Source of the DNA: Lama glama
Taxonomy: Eukaryota
Direction: 5' to 3'
DNA length: 64,000 bases
Assembly (NCBI GenBank): GCA_028534125.1
Contig: CM052818.1
Location: forward strand, 46,812,001-46,876,000
This document shows, piece by piece, positions 12,666 to 25,100 of the stretch. The position numbers were made by a program, and so were the translations under genes. Under the pieces are notes generated by a model. It ran no database searches and was not told the origin of the DNA. It saw only the letters and a list, made by a program, of their open reading frames with translations. The first letter of the stretch is position 1. Each line of letters starts with the position of its first letter.

Positions 12666-14519
12666 CCGTGAAGCCCCTCAGCCAACATCTGGCCTGATTT
12701 GCCTTTTTGCTCTCAAACTTCTGGTTCCTGGGGAATAGTTGCCAGCGTCAGGATCATTCACAGAAGCACCTCCTCTCAGAAAGGGTTCCGCGGACAGGAG
12801 GGTTTGCAGTTCAAGTCTGAGGGGCCTCTTGAATGGGACCACCTGATGGGCAGGAATGCATTCTGGGCAAGTGGTAAATAGACAAGTCAAACAAACGTGG
12901 CTCTACCTTTCTGGGGGACTGGGGGTCAGCGGAGCTCAGACTGTGGGGAGCCGGACACAGACCTGGGCACTGCTGCCTAGTCCACCAGAACTGGGGGCCG
13001 GAGCTTCCCCCAAACTGCCCCTGCCCCGTACTTGCTCCCCTGCAGGGACGCGCACAGGACCCTTGAGGTGCAGATCCAGCTCGGCTGGCAGTTTCAGGGT
13101 CTCTGAAGGGTGCTCTCCGCCCAACTCTCACTTCAAATGAAAATCTGATGGGGCTGGAAGGCCTCCCGGCTGCCTTCTCCCCGCAGCTGCGTTCTGGGGC
13201 CTGGTCTGGGCTGTGGGCGAGGCCTGCTGCCTGAACTTCCGTGTCCTCTGCAGCCACCTCGGGTGGGTATCAGCACTTATAGGCGGGTGCCAGCTGGCTG
13301 GCCGCGTGCCCCCTCCCACCGCACAGCTGCCGGGGCTCCTTCAGCTTCCCCACGCCCCTGACTGCTCGGCACGTGCCTGTCTGTCTGTCTGGCGCAGCTG
13401 GGCCAGCCCTGCTGATGCGGGGATTTGGCTCTGGTCATTTGCACACAGTTGCCCTGCTGCCCCACAACTTATGGTCGTTCAAAGCCAGGGGCCTTGTCTT
13501 CTGGTGCCCGGGGCTTCCCCTCCCCAGGGCGCCGGTTTCCCTAACCCGTAGTGGCTGCGGTTCCTGCCCCGGCTGGCTCAGGGGAAGTGCAGGAGCCTTG
13601 GATGCAGGCCTGCCTCTGAGTCCTGCTTCTTCCAGTTACCTGTGACCTTGAGCTGGTTACATAGTGCTTTGCGCACCACTTCCCTTGCTATGCCTGTGTC
13701 TTTGGGGTATGCTGCCTGCATTATTGGCATCAGAGAGGGCCAGACGCTTAGGGTTCCCCAAAACACGATCTTGGGGTGCAGGGGAGAGTTTGCCTGCAAC
13801 CTGGACAAGTGGCCTGGGGATCTCCCTTGAATCCCCCAGGAGCCCATGGGGGACAGAGCACTGTTCCCTCCTACCTGGAGCCAGACAGCATCCCCCGGCG
13901 GGCATGTAGGCTGTGGCTCTCAGGGCCTGTCGGAAGGGGTCTGGCTTAGAACCCAGGTCAGGGGCGACTCCCAGGTGTTTTCCTGGTCACCTGAGGGGTG
14001 GCCTTAAATCAGCTCCGTCATGGAATTTCCAAGCTGGGACGTGCAGTGGCTTCAGGTCTAGCCCAGCTGTCCAGATGACTACGGATGCAGGTCTGAAGCT
14101 GTTTCCTCTGTGGCTCACAGTTCCACACAGGCTCCCTTCAGCTGCCTTGGGAAATGCAGAAATGCCAGGTGCAGGGCTGTCCGTTAGAGTTTCCGTTTAC
14201 ATTACCTGGGGCTTTTCTGGCTAGCTTTCCCTCCCCCACTCCCCCCCACCCCCCGCCCTGCAGCTGGGACTTCAGTCCCCAGGTCACGTCTACCTGAGGG
14301 ATGTGGCTTGGTGCTCACTGCAGGCGGTGTACACCCTCCACGGCGACTTCCGACCCAAAAGGCAGCTCAGCAGGATGGCTTCGGAGGTGGGCATCCTTGG
14401 CCTCGGTGGCCTTGGGAAGCCATCTGAGCTTGAGGATAGTCAGACTTCCTTGGAAGGGGTGGTGAGGACTAAACAAACCAAGAAGCAGAAGGAGTTCGGT
14501 GCAGGCGGGACAGTGGCAG

Positions 14520-14735
14520 TAATAGTACCAGCAGCCCTCCTGTGTCCTGGCGCCGGGACGGCTTGTGGTGTTACCTCACTTAGATGGCATGGCAATCTTG
14601 TAACGTGGAGAGCATGGTTATTGTCCTGCCCATTTTACTGATGGCGAAACCGAGGCACAGAGAAGCAAAGCCATGTGCCTGAGGTCACAGAGCTGGTACA
14701 AGGTCGAAGGGGGCGTTTGTCCCCAGGCAGTGGGG
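14520..14735 (-). mobile_element. MIR SINE
   Basis: 'cccattttactgatggcgaaaccgaggcacagagaagc...tgcctgaggtcacagagctgg'. Confidence 0.75.
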
Positions 14736-15084
14736 CTGCGGGCCTGTCCATCCCAGGGCCGTCCCTGTTCCTCATGCTGCCCAGGACATCACCATCCTTG
14801 GAGGCTTCCGGCCAGTGCTCCCTCCCTGCATCCCCAGCCCTCGGCAGCTCCTGTCTCCTGATGTCCCCAGCGGCTCTCAGGCAGCTGGCGTGTCCTGCCG
14901 CGGACCCTGTGCTGTGGTTAGTGAAGGGTCTGGCCCAGGGAGGCCAGCTTTAGCCCTGCTGCCTCAGCTGTAGGCAGCTGGTGCCGGGAAGGGTGTGTGC
15001 TACCAGCCCCATTTACGACCAGGGACTTTAATTTTGTCACCGGTAAGAAAAAAAGTGACTCCTCATGATGAGTGTTCTTTTATT

Positions 15085-16020
15085 AAAAACATTTTTGAAG
15101 ATAATTTGTTAAGAGCAGTTTTAAGTTCACAGCCACACTGAGAGGAAGATAGAGATTTCCTGTGTGCCCCCTGTTCCCACTCGTGCGCAGCCTCCCTCAC
15201 TGTCAGCACCCCCACCAGAGTGGGGCGTGGATTGCACTGCGCCTCACAGTCACCCGAAGCCTGTAGTTCACACTGGGGGTCATTCTCGGAGTTGTACATC
15301 TGTGGGCTTGGACGAGGGTAGAACAGTGTGTCCATCATCATTCCAGTATCACGTGGAGTATCTCCACTGCCCCAAACATCCTGTGTTCCGCCTTTCACCC
15401 TCTCCTCTCTCTCCTTAACCTCTGGCAACCACTGATCCTTTTACAGTATTCGTAGTTTTGCCTTTTCCAGAATGTCATATGTTTGGAATCACTCAATATG
15501 CAGCCTTGTCAGATTGCTTTGTTCCCTTAGGAATATGTATATAAGGTTCTTCTGTGGTTTTCTTTTTTTTTTTGGCTTGATAGCTCATTTCTTTTGAGTG
15601 CTTTTTAGTGCTGAATGCTATTCCATTGTCTGGATGCACCACAGTTGATTTACCCACTCACCTGCTGAAGGGCATCTTGATTGCTTGGTTTCTTGGCTCA
15701 TAGCTGCCAAATCCAAGCAAGATGGATTTAGCAGTTATGAGTAAAACTGCTATAAATACCCATGTGCAGGTTTTTGTGTGGATATAAGTCTCCAGCTCCC
15801 CCGAGCCAGCACTAAAGAGCATGATTGCTGGATCCCCATATGGTGTGTTTAGATTTGTAGGAAGCCACCAAACTGCCTTCCAAAGTGGCCGTACCGTTTG
15901 CATCCCCACCAGTGACGTATGGGAGTTCCTGTTGCTCCACATCCTCAGAGCGTTTGCTTTCGTCCGTGTTCTGGATTTTGGCCATTCTAATGGAGGGTAG
16001 TGGTGTCTCATTGTGGTTTT
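15085..16020 (-). mobile_element. L1MC (L1MC1-like) 3' fragment with decayed ORF2 C-terminus
   Basis: 3'UTR 'agagcagttttaagttcacagc...ccccaccagagtgg'; ORF 15658-16011 translates to L1 ORF2-like residues (PLWKAVW; ELETYIHTKTCTWVFIAVLLITAK). Confidence 0.9.
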
Positions 16021-16339
16021 AACGGTGTTAGTGTTCGTTTTTCAGCCTTACCTACAGTCCCCTGCTGTGGGCCTGGTTTCTTTCAACAAAACTTTCTGGA
16101 TAAACTTTTGCTGATAAGTTTCCAAGCCAACGACTAAGACTCATTCTCACTCATTGTCTGTTGGAGGGCGTGTGCGTCTGAAATGTAATTATAAAGATGT
16201 AGGAGTGAAACTGGGGGGCTGAGAAAAGGGCTCTGGCAGAGGCACCGAGGGCGGCTGGGACCTCGAATCACTGTGGTTCTTACTTGCCTCTGCAGGGTCC
16301 TGGCAAGAATTACCTCTTTTCCTTGTTCTCAGCCCAGTA

Positions 16340-16480
16340 AAGTGCCTGAGCCAGATGGACACTCAGGAAGTATTTGTTGAATGAATAATTGAATATCAAA
16401 GAAGGCTTCCTAGAGGAGGCGGCATTGAAACTAAGGCTGAAACTTGAGTCATGTTTGATCAAGGAGAAAGGAAGGGGAAC
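16340..16480. mobile_element. L2 fragments
   Basis: 'gtatttgttgaatgaataattgaat' is an L2 tail, followed by 'gaaggcttcctagaggagg'. Confidence 0.55.
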
Positions 16481-17154
16481 TGGCACGGGGGCCAGGCTTA
16501 GAGACATGGAAAGGCACACGGTTCCCAAACTGTAATCTAGTGTTTTGTCATGAGCTCTGTGTTTGAGGCGAGTGAGTTCCTGGAGGGAAGTAATACAGCT
16601 CCATCTGTTTGCTCGGTAAACATTTACTTGCCATGCACCCTGTCTGAGGCTCAGCGAAGGGCAGCGTGAAGCTGTGGGAGGCACCAGCAGGCTTGGGGGA
16701 GCCGGTCAGGCCCCCGCGGTGTCCCTGTGGCCAGGATGGGAGTCAGACACAGAGGGGGAGCGTGGGGAGGGGGGCTTCAGGCTGGGGTCAGCAAGGAGGG
16801 CACCGCGTGGCTGTGGCTTTGAGGGGGACGGGGGGTCGGAGAGGGAGGGCGGGCCTGGCAGGGGTGCACGAGGGAGCCGCTGCTGGATGACGGGAGGGCC
16901 TGGACTCGCCACATGGAGGCTGGTTGGGGGCTGGACATTTTCAGGGCAGCGGTGCTCACGTCCTGAGCGAGGAGTCACCTGCTAAGAGCACAGATCCTTG
17001 GCTCTGGCCACCCACAGACGTTGACCTGCTGGAGCCCAGAAATGTGAATTTTAGTTTTGTGCGTGTGTTTTCGGCAACCCAGGAAATTTTGATACTGCTG
17101 ATCCTTTGACATAACAGAAACCCTTCTCTTGGGGCCAGAAACTGGAAACCCTTT

Positions 17155-17563
17155 AAAATCCCTAACGTGGCTTTCTCCTTCTGACTTACTTCTCTTAGTA
17201 TGATAATCTCTAGGTCCATCCAATGATACCACTTATGGGTGGAATCTAAAATATGATACAAATGAATTTATTAGCAAAACAGAGAGAGACTCACAGACAT
17301 AGAAAAGAAACTTATGGTTATGGTGGGGGGAATTAAGGGGGAAGGATAAAATAGGAGTCTGGGATTCGTGGATACAAACTATTATATATATAACAGATAA
17401 ACAACAAAGTCCTACTGTATAGCAGAGGGAATTATATTCAATGGATTGTAATATGGAAAATAATATGTGTATGTATAACTGAATCACTTTGCTGTGCACC
17501 AGAAGCTAACACAACCTTGTAAATCAACTTTACTTCAATTAAAAAAAAACCCCTGGTGTTGCT
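17155..17563 (+). mobile_element. Artiodactyl-type L1 3' end with 5' inversion and degenerate TSDs
   Basis: Inverted piece at about 17171-17222, forward piece 17223-17549 ending 'aactttacttcaatt' plus A9; TSD-like flanks at 17155-17172 and 17546-17563. Confidence 0.85.
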
Positions 17564-17687
17564 GCTTCTGCGGGAGCCCGTTCTCACCTGGCCCTGCCGG
17601 GACATGCCCCTGAGGGACACGTGCAGGGTCATCACACTAGGGCCCTGATTTCCCACCTCAGGGGACAGTCTGACAGCTGATCATTCG

Positions 17688-17711
17688 TCTCATCCCATCT
17701 CATCTCATCTC
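17688..17711. repeat. (CATCT)n short tandem repeat
   Basis: tctcatcccatctcatctcatctc read directly. Confidence 0.6.
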
Positions 17712-20252
17712 AACTCATTTCATTACAGGTGTTTTGTTCTTTCCTTCTCTGTTCTGGATTTCAGGTGGCTTATAAGGGGATAAAAATACATGAGCACAGG
17801 AGACATTAAAAGTGGGTTAAAAAGAAAAACAAAAGCGGGGACAAAGTAGAGGGAATAAGAATAAGGCCCAGCTCTCTTGGCCGTCATTCCACTGAAACAT
17901 GTTCTAATTTCTCTCCGGGTTTATGGCTACTTTGTGGGCCGCGTGAAGGATTAGGGTTTAAGCTGCCAGCGCTCCTTCCGTTGCAAAAAGCCTTATATCT
18001 CTATAGAAGCCAGAGCCACCCAATCCGTACCCAGTTTGTTTAATGAGATGCTGTGCCTCTTAGTAGGCGCGCGGTGTCGAGGGAGCATTGTCTGCTGCTG
18101 AGAAAGTCTGGCCGCCCGGCCGCATTGCTGAGCGCGGCTGCCAATGACTTTCTGTGCCTGTGAATGCGGGGTCCCGCGGCTCTCTAAGCCAGCCCTGAAT
18201 GCAGACAGCTGGCTGCACGCCTCGGCTGGGACCTGACCCGAGGTTCTCATGCCCCCGAGGTCCGTGGGCCTTCGGCCAGCTCTGCAGCGGCCATCCCGGA
18301 CTCGGGGGACTTCCCGGAGCCAAAGGGGACAGCAGGCCCCCCAACATTTAGGGCTTTGAGTGGAGGGGAGGCAACCGTGATCACATTGTTTGTGGTCCTT
18401 AGCAGAGAGAGAACCCCGTGCGGCAGAAGCCTGATAAACAGTGGCCTCAGTGGGTGGGTGGCAGGTGGCTCTTCCGTGGCCTCCACGGAGCAGAGCTGTC
18501 TCACCTACTACTGGCTGTGTTGTCCCCCTTGGGATGAGTCAGCTTACGAGTGGATGAGCATCCTGGCTGAGCTTCTATCTCAGGAAAGGAAAGCAAACTG
18601 AACTAGACCAAGCAGGACCACAGCATCCTCCCCACCCCAACAAGGAGGGCGGGTTCTCAGCTGGATCTGCCACTCTTAGGACGTTCGGCCTGAGACGCGA
18701 GCTAATTTAAGCCAATTTGGGGGAATCAAAAAGTCAGTTCTTTTCTCTGGTGATCTTCCTTTCCTCAGGAACCCGATTCACATGCAGATCTGCCTGGTGT
18801 GTCTGTGTGAGGTGCACCTTTCTCTAAACAGTAATTATTAAACAAAACCAAAGGGAAGTCTTCTGTAAGGATGCTGTTTACAAATATTCGCCACTTTAAC
18901 ACCCATTAATTGAGGTTGCAAAGGGTCGGGTTCTTAGGTCCTTAAATGACTCCTTCAGCGACTGCTTCGAGGGCTGGGGTGAGTCTCCTGGTTGATGTGT
19001 CTGCAGGCAGCTTCTCTCCTCCTGTGTCATCTCTGCGTCCCCACCCCCACCCTTTCCCTCTCTCTCCCACGTGGCTTTTGCAGGGCTCTTCACCTTGGCT
19101 CCTGTCACAGGTTCCAAGATCCCCTGGCTCTCGGTCGGTCCTGGCTGGAGAAGTCACAGCTTGTAAGGGAGGAAAGTGTGTTTTGGGTGTGCAGCCTGGA
19201 GCTCACTGTCCTGGGGGTGCCCTTGCAGGGGGGCCTGTGAGGCTTCTGGGGGCCACCTTGGAAGGCTTGGGTCGGGCTGCCAGCAGCCTCAGGAAGGGTG
19301 CAGAGGCTATTTGGCAGTGCTGTGCCCTCAGTCTCCTGTGGGCCCCTCTGTCCACCCCTCTGTCCCGTTCAGGATGAGCAGAGGCAGGTGCAGCAGCCAA
19401 AAAGCCAGGCTGCAGGCCGGGGGGTCTGCGGGTTGTGTGGGCCGGAAGAAGTGGGGCCGGCGGCGCTCATCTGGTGGAGTAGCCATGCGTCACGGGAGGG
19501 CTGGCGGCAGCCGCAGGGAGCAGGGGGCGGGAGCTAGCTCCTTCGTGGGGAAAGAGCTGGCCTCCCCAGACGGAAGACCATTGGCAGAAGCAGGGGCCAG
19601 ACGGCGGGTGCCCTGGAGGGAGCGGTGAGTGGGAAACAGGGCCAGGGCCTCCCTTTTTCCTTTCTCTCCCTGATCCCCCTCACCTCCTTCCTTTCTGTCT
19701 CCATTTACTCATCACCTGCTGTGTGCTGGGCTTCCTGTCAGCACTGGGAAGCTGGTGGGTTTGGAACAGCCCTGCCCACAGGGGCCTCTCTGGACTCTGA
19801 CTTCTTGGGGCCGGAGGGTCTGTAAACACTGGTGGGGACGCGGGCCGCAGCTCTGGACTGGCCTGGGGCCGAGAGCTCCCAGCAGACCATGCAGCTCAGG
19901 AGACAAGGGCTGGGAATATTTCTTGCATCATCTTCCAGCAAAGAATGGACCAGTACCCCTTCCTTATGGCTGCGAGTGAGGGAAGCTTACAGACATCGAC
20001 CATCTGAGTCCCATCTCGGCCCCAGGAAGGCGGCACTGCGTTGCCAGCACTCGGGGGTGAGCATGCTGGCTTGGAGGTGCAGTGACTTGCTCAAGGCCCT
20101 GTGCCCCGGCCTCTCTCAGGACCATATACTGCTAACGTAGACGGGATGTCAAGAAGGAGAACATTCTAGAGGGTCTGTAAGAGAGAGGACTTCGTGGCCT
20201 TTAGATCCAATAGGATCTTAAAAATGAGGCACAATTACAGGTGTTTTATGTG

Positions 20253-20328
20253 TTAGGTTAACTATATACAAAATTGCCATTTTTATAGGTCAAAGATGGT
20301 CAAAGAGGGTTTCAGGTGGTCTGTCCAA
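20253..20328. mobile_element. MADE2-like Mariner MITE
   Basis: 'ttaggttaactatatacaaaattgccatttttataggtcaaagatggtc' resembles the short MADE2 consensus. Confidence 0.7.
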
Positions 20329-20773
20329 TGGTTTAAGGGTGTATGAAAAGAAGTGCTATCATCTGGAACTCCTGTTAGTGTTTGGGAATATGTTGGTTGC
20401 CTCGTTCTGACTGAGACAAGCAACCCTTCCCAGGAAAGCTGCTCAACACTGAGGTGCGATCTGAGGGCCCTTCCGGGGACGTGGGCAGGATGGGGATGCA
20501 GTGTAACCAGGGAACCAGGGCCTCTGGGGGTGGGTGCCCAGCAGGTGCACTTTTAATTGTGCCCCTGTTGACCTTTATCCATACCTGAGTGTGACAACCA
20601 CTGTTTGAAGGCCTGGTGCATATCCCCCCGGGTCAGAAGTGTCCCGTGACTTGCTAATTCATCAGCCATGAGTCTATTCAGCCTCTGTTCAAGTCCACCT
20701 GTTAACACTGAGTGTCCTTTGAGATGAGCAGTGTTTATCATCTGCTAGAAAGCACAGTACCCTTTTCTGCCCC

Positions 20774-21151
20774 TGTGTTAGTCTGGGTTCTCCAAACTGT
20801 GATATTCCCCTATGATTAAGGAGACTGACAAATCCAAAATCTGCAGGGAATCTGCAGGGAAGGACAGCAGGCTGGAGACCCAGGAGAACCCACACTGCAG
20901 TTCGAGTCTGAAGGCCGTCTGCTGGCAGAATTCCCTCTTGCTTAGGGGAGGTCAGTCTTCATTCTATTCAGGCCTTCAACTGATTGGACGAGGCCCACCC
21001 ACCATCTGGATGGCAATTTGCAACTCAGATTCCACCAATTTAAATGTGAATCCCATCCACAAAAAAACCCCTCACAGAAACATCCAGAATATTTGACCAA
21101 ATATCTGGACACCATGACCCAGCCATGTTAACACACAAAAGTGACCTTTCA
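20774..21151 (-). mobile_element. MLT2-family (ERVL) solo LTR
   Basis: Starts tgtgttagtctgggttctcc; shares 'caactgattggacgaggcccaccca' and 'tttgaccaaat' with the LTR at 2860. Confidence 0.85.
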
Positions 21152-21409
21152 GATGTACAGAAGTTTCTTTGGTGCTGTTGTAGTGCATGCAAGGTAGGGT
21201 CCTAGGCCCTATGAGGCTACAGAAATGCAGACAATTTCATAAACAAGCTGGGGTTCTTTCTGTCAGCTAGCATGGAGTAAGTAGCCATCCTGGACCCATC
21301 TTAGACAACTGTGAGTGTTACACAAACATAGATCACGTCTCAGTCTTCTCTGATGTAGGTCCTAATTTTTTTCCTAACTCTCCCCCCTTCCCTTCCTCCC
21401 TCCCTTCCT

Positions 21410-21520
21410 TCTTCCTTTATTTAGTCAATATTTATTGGGCATCTAGCACCTTCCAGGTACTAGACCAGACATTGAGGAATCAGAAACTGAGAAACCATCC
21501 AGCTACCAGCAGTGAGCTTA
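21410..21520 (-). mobile_element. L2 3' end
   Basis: 'ttagtcaatatttattgggcatctagc...ccaggtactag'. Confidence 0.55.
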
Positions 21521-21734
21521 GAACCCGTGAGGGCTCCTGGGGAGGAAGGGGGAGGGGAGATGTTGGCCCTGTGAGCCGGGCTCCCTTCCCTTTCTAGGGC
21601 ATCCTTGGCAACATGAGGTCTTAACAGGCCGCCTGCAGTAGTACTGGGTTGTCCTGGGGGCAAAGCGTATCTCTTTCCAACACATCTTTTCTTCTAAACA
21701 GAGTGGCCTTGGCCCCTTTCCCTGGAGGTGGGGT

Positions 21735-21860
21735 GGGGGATCAACAGCTTCACCCCGAAGCTGGTTGGAAGTGCAGACTCTCAGTCTCCACCCTGACCCA
21801 CCTCATCAGTACCCGCATCTCAACAAGATCCTGGGGTGATTTTTGTGTGTGAAAGTCTCA
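21735..21860. mobile_element. MER5A-like hAT-Charlie element
   Basis: 'gctggttggaagtgcagactctcag...gcatctcaacaagatcctggggtgatt'. Confidence 0.65.
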
Positions 21861-22711
21861 CACATACTTCCCTAGTCCTCATTCCCCTCAAACACACATA
21901 AAATTCCATGTAAGAGCTGGAAGGATTGGCCCAGATGACAGAGATTTTTAGCGGTTGCAGGAGGTTGCAATCCATTCCTAAGCAGGGCAGGGCAGGCACC
22001 CAGGCATTCCGCTTTTGGGCTCAGAGGGAGAGAGGCTGTACCCTTCACTTGGTCTAAAAAGCTGCTGGGGAGATGTGGTGTGTTCCCTGAGGCTCCCCCA
22101 GAAGAGGCCAGCCTGTCTGTATCTCTGCACCTCTGCTGACTTCTGAAGGGATCTTGAGCAAGATACTCGACTTTTCCAAGGCAATTTCTCCTTTGTGAAA
22201 TGGAGTTTTTGGGGAAGTGCACAGACCCACAGCATGTGGCTGGCGTGTCCTCACCGGCATGACACAGCACTGGGGAGGGCTGGAGCTCCTGGGGCTGGAG
22301 ATGGAACCAGCCTGGCCCCTTATCACTAAGGGGGTGGGGTGGGGAAGGCCCCCTGCAGAGGCTGACCTGAGGATTAAGTGAGACTATATATGCAAAGCAC
22401 CAGAGCAGAAACTATTGTTTGTAAAACTGTTGGCTTGTGTAACTACCTGGAATGCAGAGCCAACGGGCTGTGGCTTCAAGGAGGCCCCAGTACCTGACTC
22501 ATCCAAGGACAGATGGGGGCAGGTCAAGGAAGAGGCCCCTCTGGCTGTGGCAGTGACTTCTAGATTGTTTGCAGAAGCACCATTTACCCCGGGGTACTGA
22601 GGCCTGGATTCCTGAGACAATCTGTAAGAAGCACAGAAGTTAACCTGACACGTTGCTAAGTAGGTTTCTTTTAAGAGGTGTTCTCCCTCCGAGGTAATGA
22701 CAGGTTTGCGT

Positions 22712-22725
22712 GTTGCTATGGTGAC
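22712..22725 (-). promoter_or_regulatory. RFX X-box
   Basis: GTTGCTATGGTGAC; reverse complement GTCACC-AT-AGCAAC fits GTNRCC-N0-3-RGYAAC. Confidence 0.6.
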
Positions 22726-23151
22726 AGGCTGTTTAGAAGCACACAGCATCACGGTTCAGACGGCTTGCCTCTTGACCGTAGAGGACGGCTTCTGTAGGCA
22801 TGGAAGGTAAGCAAGTCCCCTCCCAGGAAATTTTAGTGAAAGGTCTTCTCCTTTCGGGTTCTGATCTCCAAAGCTGGTTTTCTTTTGTTCCTTGGATGAC
22901 TGTGCAAAATGGGGAAAGCAGTGCATGTATCCAAAAGGACAGAATCTATGCACAGCACTCGGTGGAAAGTTTAAAGTCTTTTCAAGAATTGAAGGAGATT
23001 TGAAAAAAGATTCCATGAGTTACTTAGGGCATCAAAGAGTGAGATGTGCTGGAGCCTCTGAGAACAATTCTCTAGCCTGTGGATTTCCTTGTAGCAAACA
23101 GCAATGCCATTTTGCTAGATTAGGAGTGGAATCTGTAGCTGGCCATGAAGT

Positions 23152-23790
23152 TATTTCAATTTTACAGGCTTTCGTTGAGTGCCTACTGTGTACATTGAGG
23201 CTCTTGTGCTAGGACGAGATGCGGGTGGGATGGTGAGATGTGAAGATACCAGGGATGTGGTCCGTCCCTTCAGAAGTCTGGTGGGGACCAGATGGATATA
23301 GGAGGACTGCAGCACAGTGGAAGCACGTGGGCTCGAGAGCGAGTGTGTGCAGGGAGGGCCGGGTTTAATTCCAGTGGTGGGGGTCTGGTCTGGGGGCTGT
23401 GTGGATGTGGAGAGGAATTTCAGCAGGGTCCTGAAGGCTGAGCAGGGCATTAGCAGGATGCGATGCAGCAGAAGGGCTTCTGGGAGGTGAAGGTCCTGGC
23501 CGAGGCAGAGATGCAGCGGTGCTGGGGCAGAGCGAGTGGCCTGGTGACCGGAACACCACCTACACCCTGTGGGGTGTAGTAGATGAATCTGGAAATGTGG
23601 CTGGGGCTGGGGGCATCTTCAGTGCTGGGAGGGGGAGTTTGGGCTGGGTACCACTGAAGACTTTTCATCAGGACGGTCATGCAGCTGGCCAGGCCCACTG
23701 CTGTCTGTGGGTGAGGGTGGCATGAAATGGAGATACTGAGGCAGGGGTGGGAGAACCACTCAACAGGCGGGACAAATGGTGATGACGTCA
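23152..23790 (-). mobile_element. L2 (degraded)
   Basis: 'tttcgttgagtgcctactgtgtac...gtgctagg' followed by a purine-rich L2-type body. Confidence 0.6.
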
Positions 23791-24689
23791 GCCCACATCG
23801 CTGCCCGGCAAGGCCTGCGGGCTCCCTGGCCGGCAGCTCAGGCTCAGCTGGTCCCCAGACCCCAGGCGTCCGCTGCCTGGTCTGAGGCCTGGGACAGAGT
23901 GAATTGCTTCTGAGGCTCAGAGGCTTTGTTCTCCATCAGCGGGGAAGGTCCTCTGTGTTGCTGCTTGCTTCTGGGCCAGAGATTCCCGTGGTTCTGACGG
24001 GACTCCTCTCTCCTTCCCCCAGGGCCCCAGTCAGCCCCGCCAAGGAGCAAATTGCCTCGATGCTAATCCTCTAGCCCAGGCTGGTGTCACCTGGCCTGGA
24101 GCCCAACCCTGGGTGCTTCCCAGAGCCGACCCCACGGAGGTCACTCTTTCTGGGCGGGGTGGTCAGGAATGTGCTGTGAATAGTCTGGAAGGAGAGCTCA
24201 GTGTCCACGGGAGCCCAGGCCATTCACAGTGAGAGAAGGGCCCCTTGGGAGCTCAGCTGTGGCCCAGAGCTCAGGCAGCAACCTCTGACGTGACGTAAAG
24301 TGACTGGACACACAGAACACAACACAAAGACGGCAGACACTGGAGCCTGAAGAGGTGCAGAAAAGGCATCTTGGTCTGGGGACTTCAGCCCTGCTGGGGG
24401 TGGGCACAGACTTGGGGGTACACGGGGGGCTTGGCCTTCTTGTATTAGCCCCACCTTGGGTCCCCTGTGGAAGAGAGAGCCCTGGAAAGCCAGCCCAGAG
24501 TCTGTTCTGGGCAGGAACCGGACAGCCTGAACCCCACTTTCCCAGCCGTAAAGTAGGGACAATAATGCTCGCTCGGGCGACCTCAGTGCACCCTGGGATC
24601 GTTCAATGCCAAAGGGTTTGTAAACCACAAATATGGTTCAATTCCATGGGATTTAAAAAACTAAACAGAAACATTTATTTTGTTCCGGA

Positions 24690-25100
24690 ACATAAAAACT
24701 GATACATGTTCACAGCGTACAATTGGGAAAATAAGAAATAAAAAAGAGAAAACAAAACTACCCATTATGCCGCTGCCCAGATGTGCACGCTGTTCATATT
24801 TTGTAATATTAACTGCCGTTCTTTTTTCTATGCCTGTATATAAATTTCTACTTTTATATCCTTTGGCCAAAATTGAATCATATTCCACGTATGTCTTTGA
24901 AAACATTTCTTTTTCATTTGGCAACATCTTCTAAACATATTTCCTTGTCAATAAACTGTCCCATACAACATCAAGTATATGGCTGCCTAGAACTTCATCC
25001 TGTGTGGATAGGTCACATGTTATTCGGTGGGTCTCCTCTTCCGTGCTCCATTAGGTTGCTTCCAAATTCTCTCTGTTATGAGCAGTGCTGCACTGATTGT
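24690..25100 (-). mobile_element. Old L1ME-type fragment
   Basis: AT-rich; 'ttaggttgcttccaaattctctctgttatgagcagtgctgca'. Confidence 0.55.

Noticed and set aside
15658..16011. ORF with L1 ORF2-like peptide
   Set aside because: Frameshifted relic of the L1MC element, not a gene
2860..21151. Two same-strand MLT2 LTRs as ends of one provirus
   Set aside because: They are about 17 kb apart and clearly diverged, there is no gag/pol between them, and the first has its own TSD-like flanks
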